The position numbers were made by a program, and so were the translations under genes. Of a DNA stretch of 64,000 bases, positions 1 to 15,630 are shown piece after piece (within the stretch, counting starts at the first letter, position 1; the number at the start of each line of letters is the position of its first letter). Under the pieces are notes generated by a model. It had not been told where the DNA came from, ran no database searches, and saw nothing but the letters and a program-made list of their open reading frames with translations. Source of the DNA: the human T2T-CHM13v2.0 reference genome, Homo sapiens; the NCBI RefSeq assembly GCF_009914755.1, contig NC_060926.1. One strand, written 5' to 3'.

Positions 1-669
1 TGTACAGTATGTAATTTTTCATAATTGGCATTTTTGTCAATTAGAATACATATGCAGAGATTCATCCAGGTTGTTGTGTTTATTGTTTGTTTCTTTTTAT
101 TGACCATAGTATTTCATAGTATGGGTTACTACAATTTGTTTATCTATTTACCCATGAAAGGATATTTGGGTTGTTTCCAGTTTGGAGCTACTACAATTAG
201 GGCTACTATAAACATTTGTGTATATGATTTTGCATAAATATAATTTTCATTTTTCTGTAATAAATTCTCGGGAGTTAATTGCTGGGTTATATGGTAGTAA
301 CACTTTAGTCAGGGTTTTTTTTTTTTTTAAGAAAGTAGCAAACTATTTTCTAGAGTGATTGTACCATTTTACACTCTCACCAACAATGTATTCATTATTA
401 CATTTCTCTGCATCTTCTCCCACATTTGATTTCATTACTCTTTTTATTTTAGCCATTCTGATAGGTGTAGTAATATCTCATTGTGTTTTAAATTTAGATT
501 TCCATAAAATGGCTAATAATGTCAAACATTTTTAATACGCTTATTTTTCATTTATATACTCTCCAGAGAAATGTTTCTTCGTATTTTTGACCACTGTAAT
601 TAGATTTCGTTTATTTATTTATTTGCTATTTAGTGCTACTTTTTGTTCTTTATATATTCCATCTATCTA

Positions 670-1612
<943 letters not shown>

Positions 1613-3289
1613 ACTATCTGATTTGAATATCTCCTCTCCTAATCTGTAGCTTATACTTTCATTCTTATCTTAGGATATTTTACAGAGCAAATGTTTTTAA
1701 TTTTGATGAAGTTGAATTTATCATTTTGTTTTTTATGGATTGTTCTTTGCATGCAAACTCTAAATTCTTTTCACCTAACTCTAAATCCCTAATGATTTCT
1801 CCATTTTTTACCTCAAAATTTTATAGCTTTATATTTTACATTTAATCTCATGACCTGTTTTGAAAGTTAATGTTTTTATAAGATGTGAGATGTAGCTTAG
1901 GGTTCGTTTATTTGCTCTATAGATGTTCATTTGCTCTGGCACTATTTGCTTTAAAGGCTACCCTTCCTCTAATTAATTGCTTTTGCACCTTTGTAAAAAA
2001 TATATTGGGTATATTTGTGTCAGTTATTTCTGAGTTTGTTTTATTGATCTGTGTATTATCCTCTACCAATAACACACAGCCTTAATTATGGCAGCTATGT
2101 AATAAATCTTGAAAATATGTGGACTGAATATTCCCATTTCATTTGTTTCTTTTCCAAAATTGTTTTAGTTGGACTAACTTGTTTGCCTTTCCATACAAAT
2201 TGTATAATAATCTTGTCTCTATCTCAACAAACCTTTTTGATATTTTGATAAGAATTGTACTAAAGCTGTATATCAGTTTAGGGAGAATTGACATCTTTAT
2301 GATTTTGAGCTATTCAATACAGGAACACAGTAGGCTTTTGCATTTATTTACACCTGCTTTGATTTCTTTCATCAGTATTTTGTAGTTTTCAGCATACAAG
2401 TCCTGTATATGTTTTGTTAAATTTACACCAAAGTATTTCATCTTTTAAGTAATTATAAATAGTATTATAGTTTTAATTTCTATGTCCCCATGTTAATTAC
2501 ATGTATTCAGATACAATTAAACTTTGTAAGTTTTATCTTCTATCCTATAATCATGCTGAATTTGCTTATTTATTTTAGGAGGTTTTTGTAGATTTTTTGA
2601 AATTTTTTATGTACATAATCATGCCATCTGTGAATAGAGAGATTTTTTTTCCTTTTCAATCTATATGCTTTTTCATTTCTTGCCTTATTTGCTAGGTAGA
2701 ACTTTCAATACTATGTTAAATGAGTGATAAGAGAGGTCTTTCTTTTCTTGTTCCCAATCTAGTGCAAAAGCCTTCAGCTTTTCACCATTAAGCATAATGT
2801 TAGCTGTAGGATTTTTGTAGATGGTCTTCATGAAGGGGAGAAACTTACTCTGAATTTCTATTTTTTTCTGAGATTTTTAAACAGAAACAAGTGTTAAAAT
2901 TTTCAAATGCTTTTTCTGTATCAATTGACATGATAATGAATTTTTTCTTCCTTGGGCTGTTAATATATTACATTTTTGATTATCAAATATTGTGCCAATC
3001 GTATATCCCTGGAATAAACTCATTTGGTTATGTTGTATAATTCTTTGTATATATTGCTGACTGCTATTTGCTACTACTTTGCTAAGGAGTTTTGCCTCTA
3101 GATTCTTTAGAGATACATTGGCCTTTAGTTTTATTTCTTTTTGGAGGGGGTATTCTTTCTTCATTTATGAATACTAATATTCAAAGCCATCATGAAAAAC
3201 AGGAATGATCATGGATTTTATAGGTGGGCAGAGTCACAGAGAGTGTAAGCTGCCCAAGACCACAAGAGTTGGGTTAAAACCCAATACTG

Positions 3290-3644
<355 letters not shown>

Positions 3645-3679
3645 CTATCACTCAGTGGAGATGAAAATGTGAACTCCAT

Positions 3680-4905
3680 ACCCTGCCTTCTCTGACATCA
3701 CATGGAAGGGAGATTGGCCTGGTGAGAGTAGAAGTCTACACTCTCCTCTCTTTTGCGAGCTTGAATGAAGTTTGTTTGTTTGTTATTTTTAGCATTGTAT
3801 GTTTGTTTGTTGTTTTTAGCATTGTATGTTTGTTTGTTGTTTTTCTGTGGTGTTTGTTTGGCTGGAGTGGAGCAATTATTGTCTAAAAGGTTTCTGTCTT
3901 GTCTACCTGCCCCTTTCCAGATTCTTTGAGTAGAAAGAACAGGCTTTTGTTGGGGCTTTTTTTTATCTGCATCTGTTGGGGATTCTGAGTTGCCAGTTTC
4001 TTCATCTTGAAATCTGGGATATATGCAGCAAAAAGAAAACTCAGAGAACTCACCTCTGCATTGTTCTTTGGGTTCCAAGATCTCACACCTGTCTGTCTCT
4101 TCTGTCCACCTTTCAGAGTTGTCTTATAATGTCCAGGGTTTTTATTTGTACTTAGCGGGAGGAAAAGGTAAAAGTATGTTTCCTCCATCTTCACAGAAGC
4201 AAAATCCCAGTATATATCTTTAATTTATTACAGGCTGTTTTCAAGTTATACTCTACCACTTCACATCTATTCTAAGGATCTTAAAATAGGATGCTTTTAT
4301 TTCTTCATTCCTTACCTTTGAGCTATTATCATACATCTTACTTTCCCATGTTATTCACTCCACATTACATTGTTACTATTTTCGATTTAGCATGACATCG
4401 TATTTGAAGACAACTAAATAATAAGATGAAAATTTTATATATTCATCCATGTAGTTACCATTTCTGGTGCTCCTCAGCCTATGTACAGATCCACATTTCC
4501 ATCTGGTATTATTTCCTCCTGTCTGAAGGACTTCCTTTAATATTTCTTACAGCGCAGTTGTCTCTCTGTGCTGCTTTCCTCTCTGGTATTGTCTGTCAAC
4601 TCTAGCTGCATTATTCTGCCTGGACTCCTAGCTCTGTCTTCTCAACCTGGAGTTCTTGGGACTCTGCCTGGGATCTCCCTCATTATACTGTGGCTTAAAA
4701 TCTCTCTCAAGGCACTTAGCCAGAGCAGTCATAAGGCTCACCTCATTTATTTTCTCACTCTCAGGAATCACTTTCCCTTGTGTTCTGCTCTCCAGTCTAT
4801 TGCAAACTATTGTTTCATCTATTTTGTCCTTTTTTTGATTGTTTCATGAGGCAGGGTAAATTCGATCCCTCCCTTTTGTTATTTCATCTTTGTCAGAAGT
4901 GAACA
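3680..4905 (-). mobile_element. Old L1 5'-region fragments
   Basis: Resembles recalled L1M 5' sequence; contains a 27-bp tandem repeat at 3774-3845. Confidence 0.5.
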
Positions 4906-5484
4906 TCTTATATTTACTTTTAACAATGCAAAGTGGGATTACTTGCTGTTTCTTGTTTACAGACAAAATTTTTCACATAAAATTTCTCCCAAATGATCCA
5001 AAAAAGCTGCTAAGCACCCACTAAGCTTCATTTAAAACTATATATTCTTCTATTCTAATTAACTTTGTAGTTATTTTAAATAACATAAAGAGAATTTTTA
5101 AAGATAATCTGAAAGAACAGAGACTAAATGGAATGCTTTCCTGTGTAGATAGGATTGACCCTATGCTTAAATATATTATAAATTATTTTAGGTAACTCAT
5201 AGTTTGCAGGTTTTACTTAATTGTGGTTTTCTCCATGTCTTAAATATTTATTAAAATGAAATATCATATATTATGACATTTTATCTTCTTATCATATCTA
5301 GACTCTCTTCCCCTGAAAAGCTGAATGATTTGATGTTTTGCTTGGGAATGGCTTATCAACAGTTTCTCTGTTATATTAATTTTGAACCAATAGCAATAGT
5401 GCTTATTTCTTTCTGATTTAGTCATAATACAGAGGAAGAGGTTTCTCTCATTCCACAAAAGAAATGTCAGCATAAATGGAATCT

Positions 5485-5778
5485 GTTTGTTTGAAACAGT
5501 GTTTCACTCTGTTGCCCTGGCTGGAGTGGAGTGGTGTGATATGGGCTCACTGTAGCCTTGACCTCCTGCGCTCAAGTGATCCTTCCACCTTAGCCTCCCA
5601 AGTAGCTTGGACTAAAGGTATGCACCATGACACCTGGCTACTTTTTTGTTGTTGTTTTTGTAGAGATGGAGTTTCACTACGTTGCCCAGGCTGGTCTCGA
5701 ACTCTGGGCTCAAGAAATTCTCCCATCTCTGTCTCCCAAAGTGCTGGGATTACAGGCATGAATGATTGCACCCAGCCA
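5485..5778 (-). mobile_element. AluJ
   Basis: Diverged reverse Alu (gctcaagtgatccttccacc, ctctgggctcaag). Confidence 0.9.
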
Positions 5779-7439
5779 GAAATATAACCTTAACATAGGT
5801 CTTATATCACCAGTTCCCAAAAAGTAGAATATGAATGACTTCGCACTAATTTATAAAGATGTAAAGAGTAAAAAGATAGTTTAACCAAACTGATTAAATA
5901 TAAATGGGTGGTCGAATTCTATATAATAGACAAAGTTATAAAAGTAGCAAAGATCAATTATATTTATGAATATTAAGTTACAATACTCATTTTATAACCA
6001 TTTAGACATTTAAAGGTTACTTATCAAGTATCATTTTCTGACATATATCGTTATATACAGTGTTTACATACTCTTGCTAATGGGATAAACATGATCTTCA
6101 GAGGAAATCCTGAAGAGGGAAAGTTGTATTATGAGAACAACTTGTAAAGAGAAGTAGAGAATGGTTAAAATTATACTGTACGGTGTCACGAGTCTCTCCG
6201 TATTGATCACTTTTGTTTTCTTTTTTTAATATGTTTTATCAAGTTCTATCTCAGGCCTTCAATTACAGATAATTTTATCTATCTATCTAAAATATATATA
6301 TACACTTTATAGATATGATATATAAATATATATCAATGTAATATATATTATGTATAATATATAATATACATCTAATATATATTCAGTGCTAAGTTAATAT
6401 AGAATATAGCAGTTGTCTTAAGTTAGTGTTCTAACTTAACTCAGTTTCTTTCTTGAGGACATTGACAAGGTCACAAACATTCCCTTGGCACTGTCTATTT
6501 TATGATATTCCATAAACTTTTGGGTCCATTTATTTTACCATATCACGTTATTTACTTTCAGGTTTGCTATCTTCTCCCTCTTGTCCCTTCCCCTTACCTC
6601 TGCTAAAGGTGACAGCACTTTACAGTAAGTGGAAGGGCAAAGGCTGACTGCTTTGATCTTTCGTTACATGCTTTGACATAAATTGGAGAGGAAGCTTCAG
6701 CTTCACCCAAAATCTTACCTCTCTTCGGCTGTCTAATGCCTCCCTAAGTCTTTATCATATGCCCAATTTCAGAGCAGTTTCGGGTCAGGGAAACAATATC
6801 TATTGGAAGAAATCAATAATAAACAGGAAACCGTCATAACTATTTTCTTCTCATTCTTTCCAGACCAATAGATGATGGAAGTGAAGATTGGTTGATCATT
6901 TTCTCTAGAGTGAAACCAAAGGAAGTATCTCCACATAGCATAGAACAAAAGGCCAAGGAAGCCACTTCTTTGAAATTCTTAAGAGAAAAGAAATTTTCGA
7001 TCAGCACCAAGAATTCAACAGCCCTCTGACTTCCTGCAGTGATAGTCATGAGTGAAGGAGTGGAAGGGCTCTGCAATGGCTTACAGTTCAAAAGGCCATT
7101 ATAAATCTCTCTAAAGAAACTTTAGCAATGTAGTTATTAGGCAACCTTTAACTTCTTCTGTGTTTTCTCTGGAAGCTGCAAAATAGATTTTTCTTTATCT
7201 CATCTGAATTCCAGCTGTCTGTTAAAAATTTGGAGAGATAATAATGTGCTTAGTATTTTGACCTTTACCGAGAACACTGAACCTGCTTTAACTAAACTAG
7301 AGGGAAGCTTTAAGTAATGGATTTTGCTACAGTTTTACATGTGAAAGTAAACAGATTATTTCAAAAATATTGAAACGTATTTGGACAGGTATTGTTCATC
7401 TTTTTTTTAAAAGCTGAGAAGTACTGTTTAGTGGTCATC

Positions 7440-7843
7440 ATAGTTAAGGTTTTGTGATTAGACATAGATTTAAACCCTTACTCTGTAATTACCCAGGTAG
7501 CCTTGGGCAATTACTTACATGCTACTTATCTTTAAAGTGAACAGTAATATCTTCTTTCAGGATTGTGATGAAGATTAGACATAAAATTAGTAGAATTTTT
7601 AATACAGGGTCTGAGACATTAAGTAAATGCTCAATACATGTACTCAAGAGAAATGTGAAGGCATAAAAGCATATCCCTGTGTTTATTTTGAAAAATATTT
7701 ATTGAGAAACTACTTTTTGCTAGCTCTGCTAAGAGCTGAGGATATAACTGAAACATGAAATAGAATACATATTTTGTTACCTCATGGAGTTTACAGCTAA
7801 TTAGAAAAACAGGCTGCACATAAATTTATGTATGCATAGAAAC

Positions 7844-7896
<53 letters not shown>

Positions 7897-8360
7897 ACAG
7901 ATTGCTGAGAGAACATAGAATACAGCAGTTGTCTTAACTTAGTGGGCAAATGGCATTAGGTCAGCCCACAGAAGAAGGGACATTAAAGCTGAAATAAGAA
8001 GGGTAAGTAAGAGTTCTTAAGGCAAAGGGGTGGGGGAAAGGGGCAATTGTAACTCTAGCCAAGAGAGTCTGAGGAAGGAATAAGGTTAGTGCTCTCAGAA
8101 AACTGACATGGGCAGCATATGGGAAAGTGGTACCCTGTAAACTGGTGAGATGGAGAAGGGACAGATTGTGCAGGACCTAGTGGCCATTTTTAGGATTTTG
8201 TGTTTTGGTCAAAGAGCTGTCGGAATCCGTTGAAAGGTTCTAAGCAGGAGAGTAAAGGACCTCCTATTTCAAAAAATGTCACTTCAATTTCTTTGATGGG
8301 ATTGACTTGAAGGTATATTTGAATAGTTGGTGACAAGGAGATAATAGCGATAATAGAGAT
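7440..8360. mobile_element. MIR followed by L2 fragments
   Basis: MIR core (ccttgggcaattactt...aaatgctcaata) and an antisense L2 3' end (atatttattgag...ctcatggagtttacag). Confidence 0.55.
7847..7889. repeat. (TG)n microsatellite
   Basis: About 21 perfect TG units. Confidence 0.97.
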
Positions 8361-8449
8361 AGGCGTTTGACCCAAATAGCGTCAATCTGTACTGAAGAGG
8401 GAAGGTAGAGCTTTTTAATCTGTGTTCATAAACTCTGTGAATGCTCTTA

Positions 8450-9140
8450 GCATATGCCTGCCAGGGCCAGTCATCTTTCATGAAGAATGAGAATTTGCCT
8501 AAGAGGAAAGCAGAGTGAAGCAAATAGAGGATTGAGCCCTAGTGATGTTGTTCGAACCCCTGGATCCAATTGTGTCCGAAAAGCTATTTCTTGGACTTCT
8601 CATTTCTGTGAGTTAATACAGTCTCTTTATGCCTAAAGTAATCTGGGTTGGACTTATATCACTAAAAGAATACTGAAATAATTTCCTATTCATGCTGTAA
8701 CAAATTACTACAAACTTCATTGCTTAAAAACACCTACATTTAGTCTCTCATAGTTCTGGAGTTCAGAAGTCCAAAATGACTCTTAAGGGGCTAGAATCAA
8801 GGTGTCAGCAAGGCTGATTGCTTCTGAAGTCTCCAGGAGAGAATTTGTTCCTTGCCTCTTTCAGCTTTTAAAGACCCCTTTGGCGTTGGCTTGCAGTGAC
8901 ATTGCTCCAACCTTTGCTTCCATGGTCCCATCACCTTTTCCTTTACGGTAGTCAAACCTCCCTCTACCTTCCTCTTATAAAGACACGTGTGATTATATTT
9001 GTAACCCACTCAAATAACTTTAGGATAATCATTCTATTTTAAGATCTATAACATCTGCTACGTCCTTTTTACCATATAACATTCATAGGTTCTGAAGATT
9101 TGAATGCAGTCATCCTCAGGGGGCCATCATTCAGTCTTTC
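8450..9140. mobile_element. Two adjacent MLT1 (ERVL-MaLR) LTR pieces: about 8450-8675 on + and about 8683-9140 on -
   Basis: MLT1 signatures gctgtaacaaattactacaaactt...ctcatagttctggagttcagaagtccaaaat and cccctggatccaattgtg. Confidence 0.7.
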
Positions 9141-9985
9141 ATAAGCACTAAACTGTCAATAAGCTCTGTGTGTAGGCAAGGTTAGACATGTGTAAAGTGT
9201 AATGACATTATATGACATTGTAAAAAATTATAATGGGTTAACAAAGAAGTTGGGGAAGCAGCAGTGGAGAAGTAAGTGCAGAAACATACCCCTTCCCCAT
9301 GTTGAATAGGTTAAATAGATGCTACACAAATTGTTGTTAACTCTTATATACCCTAGTTACTCTATATCTCTGATGTGAGTGGGACCAGAGCAGCAAATTC
9401 TGATAGGAGGAGGTGAGAGGCAGTAGTGACAGCAGAAATAAAATTTTAGAAAGTCTTAAGGTTTGATTAGAAAACTGAGCACAATATAAAATACCTCTCA
9501 GAAGAGATATGTGTCAAAAAAATAAAATGAATCCAAAAGTATTTTGTTGAAAGTCTAAAGTAAATAAAATTTGATAGTACAATACTTATTATAGTATAAT
9601 TACCCAATTACTGTATAAACTATAATTAAATATTCCCTTTATTTTATTGAATATGTTATTGTTAGTAAATGCAAAAAAACCCCACTATTTATAGAATGCT
9701 TTTTAGAGTTAGCTCTTTATCTTTTTCTCCCAAACCTATATTATTAAATATATGGTTTTAAGCTATTCAATTATGAATTTTCCTACAAGGGAACACAGCT
9801 TCAGAAGAAAAAAGGAATTGTTAGGATCACATGTTCTCAAATGTCTTTTTGACTATAGAACGATGGGGGAATAATATGGGGTGTGACAGAGTAGAGTTTC
9901 CCAAAGGATTTCCCACAGGCATCTGTCTCAGAATGATCTGCTTTGTATTAAAAATGCAGAATCTAAGGTTTCCCACCCCACTGTC

Positions 9986-10493
9986 TGTGTTAGTTCCATA
10001 GAAATAGTGTAACAAACTGCCATAAACTAGGCTTCTTAAAACAACAGAAATTTATTCTCTCACAGTTCTAGAGATCAGAAGTCCAAAATCCAGGTGTTCG
10101 CAGGCTAGTTTCTTCTTGGGCTCTCAGAGGGAGAATGTTCTATGGTCCTCCCCTAGCTTCTGGTGGTTGCCAGCAATCCCTGGCATTCTGGGCTCACCTC
10201 TATATCATTCCAATAGTCGCTTCTGCTGTCACACAGCTGTCTTTCCTCTGAGTGGGTGTATGTCTTCACATGGCGTTCTCATTTGTGTGTGTCCATCTGT
10301 GTGTCTCTTCTCTTCTTCTTGTAAGTACACTAGTCATTTGATGAAGGACCTACCCTGCTCCAGTATAAGCTCATCTTAACTTTCATTTTAACTACTTGTG
10401 CAAATACCCTATTCCCAAATATGGTCACATTCATAGATACCAGGGGTCAGGACTTCAGCATCTTCTGGAGGGGACACAATACAACTCACAACA
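9986..10493 (-). mobile_element. MLT1C-like solo LTR, same sense as ERBB4, inserted into a MER5-type hAT remnant (about 9890-10582)
   Basis: TG...CA ends with a perfect 5-bp TSD CTGTC (9981-9985 and 10494-10498). The minus strand matches recalled MLT1C consensus (tgaatgtgaccatatttggg). Confidence 0.85.
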
Positions 10494-12210
10494 CTGTCTA
10501 AATAAGAATCTCTGGAGAACTGGAGCCTAGCTTTTGCATTTTTAATAATTATAAGTTTTACTTTAAAATTTTGCAACCACTGATGTAGAGGCAAGTCAGG
10601 TTAAAATATCACCCACCATTTGTAATAAAAACTGGAGCCTGCAGTAATCCTGGCTTTTATTGTTGAGATATCATTCTCTCAGAATTTCTAGATTACAAAA
10701 TAGAAGGGATATCATTTCTGTAGCTAATTGGCAAGAGTAACTGCTTATTATCCTTTTGATAAGAACATAGTGAACATTTTCTAGCATTGTTAGTAATTAG
10801 ACAGTGTGCTGTTTCAAATACAATAACAAAATCTTACTTGAATGCTTTTTTTTTTTTTTACAAAGAACAGTGTATTGATGTATTACTCTAGTAATTTTAA
10901 AAGGAAAATCTTAGAAGTATAATTAAGATTTTCTATTTTCTGATTACTCAGAAGAATAGCGACTTCACTATATTCAAAGTTACACACTTTATGGTTCATA
11001 CCAAGCTATGGTTTAATGAAATCTGTCGCAGAATTCATTGATTTCCCAGGCTCCCAGACCCAAAGGATGATTCTTCTAACTTGGTAGGCTGCATTTTGTT
11101 TGTAAAAGCACATTTACTCAAGATAGCATGGGATGGGTTAGGAGTGCACAAATTAAAGGTGAAAGTATGGGAGCAGGAGAAAGTAAGAAAATCTGCCACC
11201 TTAGTAATATTTTCTTAAAATAAGGTAAATCTTAATTTATAATCAAAATTCATTTTCTATAATATACAACATATTAGAAATGACGACGATATAAAGTCTG
11301 TTTATTTTATAGAAATCCAACATTTCTTATGATGTTATAGTAAGTAAAATGCTTGCTTCTGTATTTTGTTGTTTTATCACAGTTACCAGAGAAAAACAAA
11401 TAAAACAATATATTAAGCAAACACTGTTTTATTCTCCACTGTGTGATATACCTTCCATTCCCTACTTATTAACTCTTTGGCCTGCTTCAATTCTGGACTC
11501 ACTATAAAGTTGGATGATGTTGTCATCCAGAGAGTTCAGTTATTAGCAATTAACTATAGTTCTGAAATTACCTTTTTCTAGATTCATGTACAATGGGGTG
11601 GATTTTTCTACTGTCAAATTTCAGAAACATAAAAACCAGAGATAAATATAAAAATGTGTATGCTTTTTGGCTTCTTTGTGCCAAAAAAATATATTCCCCA
11701 TCACCAGATATTTTTCCCCTGAGCCATTAATTTAAACTTGATATTTTTTGGAATTTTTAAAAATACTAAGTCTGTTACTTATCATAAAGCCAATTTTAAA
11801 ATGTTTTAATTTAGAAGAGAAAAAAGAAAAATAAATATATTTCAAGGGATTCTCAAACATATACTTTTTATCTGCTTATGATTTTGAGATCATTTCTAAA
11901 TTCTTCAATGTCTAGCCTCCTGTTAATAACATAATAACTAATATTCCTTCCATATCTCCCAATGGTTGATGTTTTTCTCACAAATTTTTAATTCACCACT
12001 TTAATAAGGTAAATTTTTCTTCTGCGTAAAAAAGAAAGCTCTTGATATTTATCTTTCCTTTTTATCCCCCAAAAGGCATTTTTTCATAAAGTAAAATTAA
12101 ATATTGTATCTTCACATTACATGTGTATATATGAATGTCTAATATATAAACTATTTTTAATAGGAAAATAAAATGTTTAGTAGTAACAATATCTAATACA
12201 TGTATAGCTC

Positions 12211-12696
12211 GCTCTTGCTCTTTCTTTTCTTTCTTTTTATTTCTTCTTTCTTTTTATCCTTCCTTCCTTCCTCCCTCCTTCCCTTCCCTTCCTTCCTTCT
12301 TTCCTTTCTCTTCCTTCCTTCCCTCCTTCCCCTTCCCCCCCTCCCTCCCTCCCTCCTTCCTTCCTTCCTTTCTTCCTCTCTCTCTTTCTTTCTCTTTATC
12401 TCTTTCTTTCTCTTTCTCTCTTTCCTCACTTTGTTGCCCAGGCTGAAGTGCAATGGTGTGAACTTGGCTCACCACAACCTCCACCTCCTGGATTCAAGTG
12501 ATTTTCCTGCCTCAGCCTCCCGAGTAGCTGGGACTACAGGCATGCACCACCACACCTGGTGAATTTTTGTATTTTTAGTAGAGACAGGGTTTCACCATAT
12601 TGGCCAAGATGATCTTGAACTCCTGACTGCAGGTGATCTGCCCACCTCGGCCTCCCAAAGTGCTAGGATTACAGGTTTTAGCCACTGTGCCCAGCT
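12211..12696 (-). mobile_element. AluS whose tail has become an approximately 210-bp CT/GA low-complexity tract
   Basis: Alu body about 12425-12696. TSD atgtatagc(t/a)c at 12200 and 12697 brackets both the tract and the Alu. Confidence 0.9.
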
Positions 12697-12931
12697 ATGT
12701 ATAGCACTTTCTTTGAGCCAGGCCTTCAATGAGGTGAATACTATTATCTATTCCATTTTTAAAATGATAAAACTGAGGTATAGAGACAATAAGTGATCTC
12801 CGTAAAGGTCAGATAGCAAAGAGTTCTGCTGAGATTAAAACCCAGGCCATTTGGCTCTAGAGTGTGCTCCTGAATAATATGTTATATAGGGTATACTTCA
12901 GTAAATCATCCAATTTTCTTATGAAAATTAA

Positions 12932-13273
<342 letters not shown>

Positions 13274-14322
13274 TGAGAGGAATCACGGTGAAATGAAGAG
13301 CCTAGACTTTGAAGTCAGACAGGCATTGGGTTCAAATCCTTAATCGGATTTTAGTAGCTCCAAAACTGGAAATATCATTTAACTTTCTTAATGTATGTAT
13401 ACTCATCTGCAAATGCAGATGATTATACTTTACAGGGTGGTTGTAATAACTAAATTAAACAATATAGCTAGGTTGAGAGATAGAGTCTGGCACCTTTTAG
13501 CTGATTTGTTAGCTGATCAGCTAAAGTCAAAAAGGAGAGATGGCTTGTTTAATAAATTATTTTGGATCCATATTCCAATCAGGAAATTTTAAAAATGCTA
13601 TGCCAAAATGTCAAGATGTGTTAAAAATTTCAATATTGTTTTTAAAGTACTAGATGAAAAGAATTGTCTAAAAATACAAGATCAAACAATTAAAAAGGAA
13701 AAGAACAATCTAGTCACGTAACTATATAAAAATATGGTTTGATAAACATTAGTTTATCAAAAGACAAATTATTCAAATTACCAGTAAGAGAGGAACTTAT
13801 TCCCAACACATTTAAAGAACAAAATTTAATGAATTTAATTTGTAAATAGTTCTTTCAAATTTAGGAGAAAAAGAACAACTCCCAAATTAAAAATGAAAAA
13901 AGTTCACATATAAAGCAATTTACAAGATTTAAAAAAAGATAAATTAATCATGTAAATATAAAATACTTCTTTTCTTCTTTCAGATCACTGAAATTTAAAA
14001 CCATAGATGATATCCAGTGATTTAAAACAGTGGTGGAAAACGTTACTATCCCACAGTGTTTGGAACAAAGTTAATTGATTTAGTATTTTTGGAAGATGAC
14101 ATGGAAATTAGTGAGAAAATTTTTATGTAGCGTCATTTACACAGAAATTCCACATCTAAGTTTTTAGCCTCAGGAAATAATTGTACACTACAAAATGTTT
14201 CATAAACTAGATACACATCATGGCAGTAGTGATGATATAAAAATGGAAAATAATTTAAAATACAATTAATATGGTACTAGTCCAGCATACTTCTATAAAT
14301 AGCTTTAAAAAGGAATGAGGAA

Positions 14323-14621
<299 letters not shown>

Positions 14622-15439
14622 GGGGAATAAGGAAGAGCTCTATGCTCTATCTATTGAATGGGAGATGCTTATACTATATTAAGTATAAGATATAGATGGC
14701 TGAATGGTATTTAAATAGAAATGGTATGATCCTATTCATATACGAAAATATATATTTCACTATCCTTATCCATACATATGAAAAATATATTCACCAATAA
14801 TTATATATAATGTAGTTTAAAAATATTTTTATATATTTTTGATTGGTTTTATATTGAACAATGAGAAAGGTACTATTAAAATTGTAAAAATAAAAATATT
14901 TTTATTTTGAAAATCAATAATGAATTTATCTCTTATTCATGTTGGGTTTAACAGTATCTGTATAAATATTTTTAAGATGAGATATATAAGTTCAAATAGA
15001 ACTCAGATTCTAAAGGATTGGTGTAATATTTATCTCTACACTGCTTATATTTCAGTGTTAAAAATTTATGCTTAAACATTTTAAGAAACTTCAAATGCTT
15101 TTATAAACCTACTCTAAAACTTCTTCCACCTAACACTGTAATTTGGTTACTATCATAACCACGTAAATGATAGATGCCCAAAATATTCTAGCTTTTCATG
15201 TCCCAGAGTTTCCCGCAATCTCAATCTCTTCAAACCATAAAGTCAGCTTTGAAATTTTTGACTTAAAAGAGTAAGATTGCTCTAGCCACTGTTACCCTTT
15301 TTAGATGAGTTAACTTTTTAAAAAATCGTCATTACTGTTTTAAATCATGCTGAATTCCAAAAAACACCATTACAAATGAAGGATTGCCTTTTCATTAAGT
15401 TCATAAGCCAACTCCTAGATTTAGATAAGTGTATTTGAT

Positions 15440-15630
15440 GGTGACTGCATGTAAATGTAGGTGAGCATGTAAGGGTGTGTATGCACGGATATGTTTTCTA
15501 GGTGTGTATATATGCATGTGTGTTGTATGTGGAACTACATACAGACATGCACGCTGATATGCATATATGTTTAGGTGTTGTAGTGAACATGTGCGTATGC
15601 TCATGTACATCTTGTGTGTGTGTGATATAG
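15440..15630. repeat. Degenerate (TG/TA)n purine-pyrimidine tract
   Basis: Alternating gtgtatatatgcatgtgtg-type sequence. Confidence 0.7.

Noticed and set aside
3698-4194. 126-aa ORF with KNNKQTYNA repeats
   Set aside because: It comes from a 27-bp tandem repeat (3774-3845) within an old L1-like fragment; no splice or coding signature.
12193-12562. Lys/Glu/Arg-rich and Leu/Phe/Ser/Pro-rich ORFs, with similar cases at 24781-25242 and 42020-42247
   Set aside because: They are translations of stop-free low-complexity purine or pyrimidine tracts.
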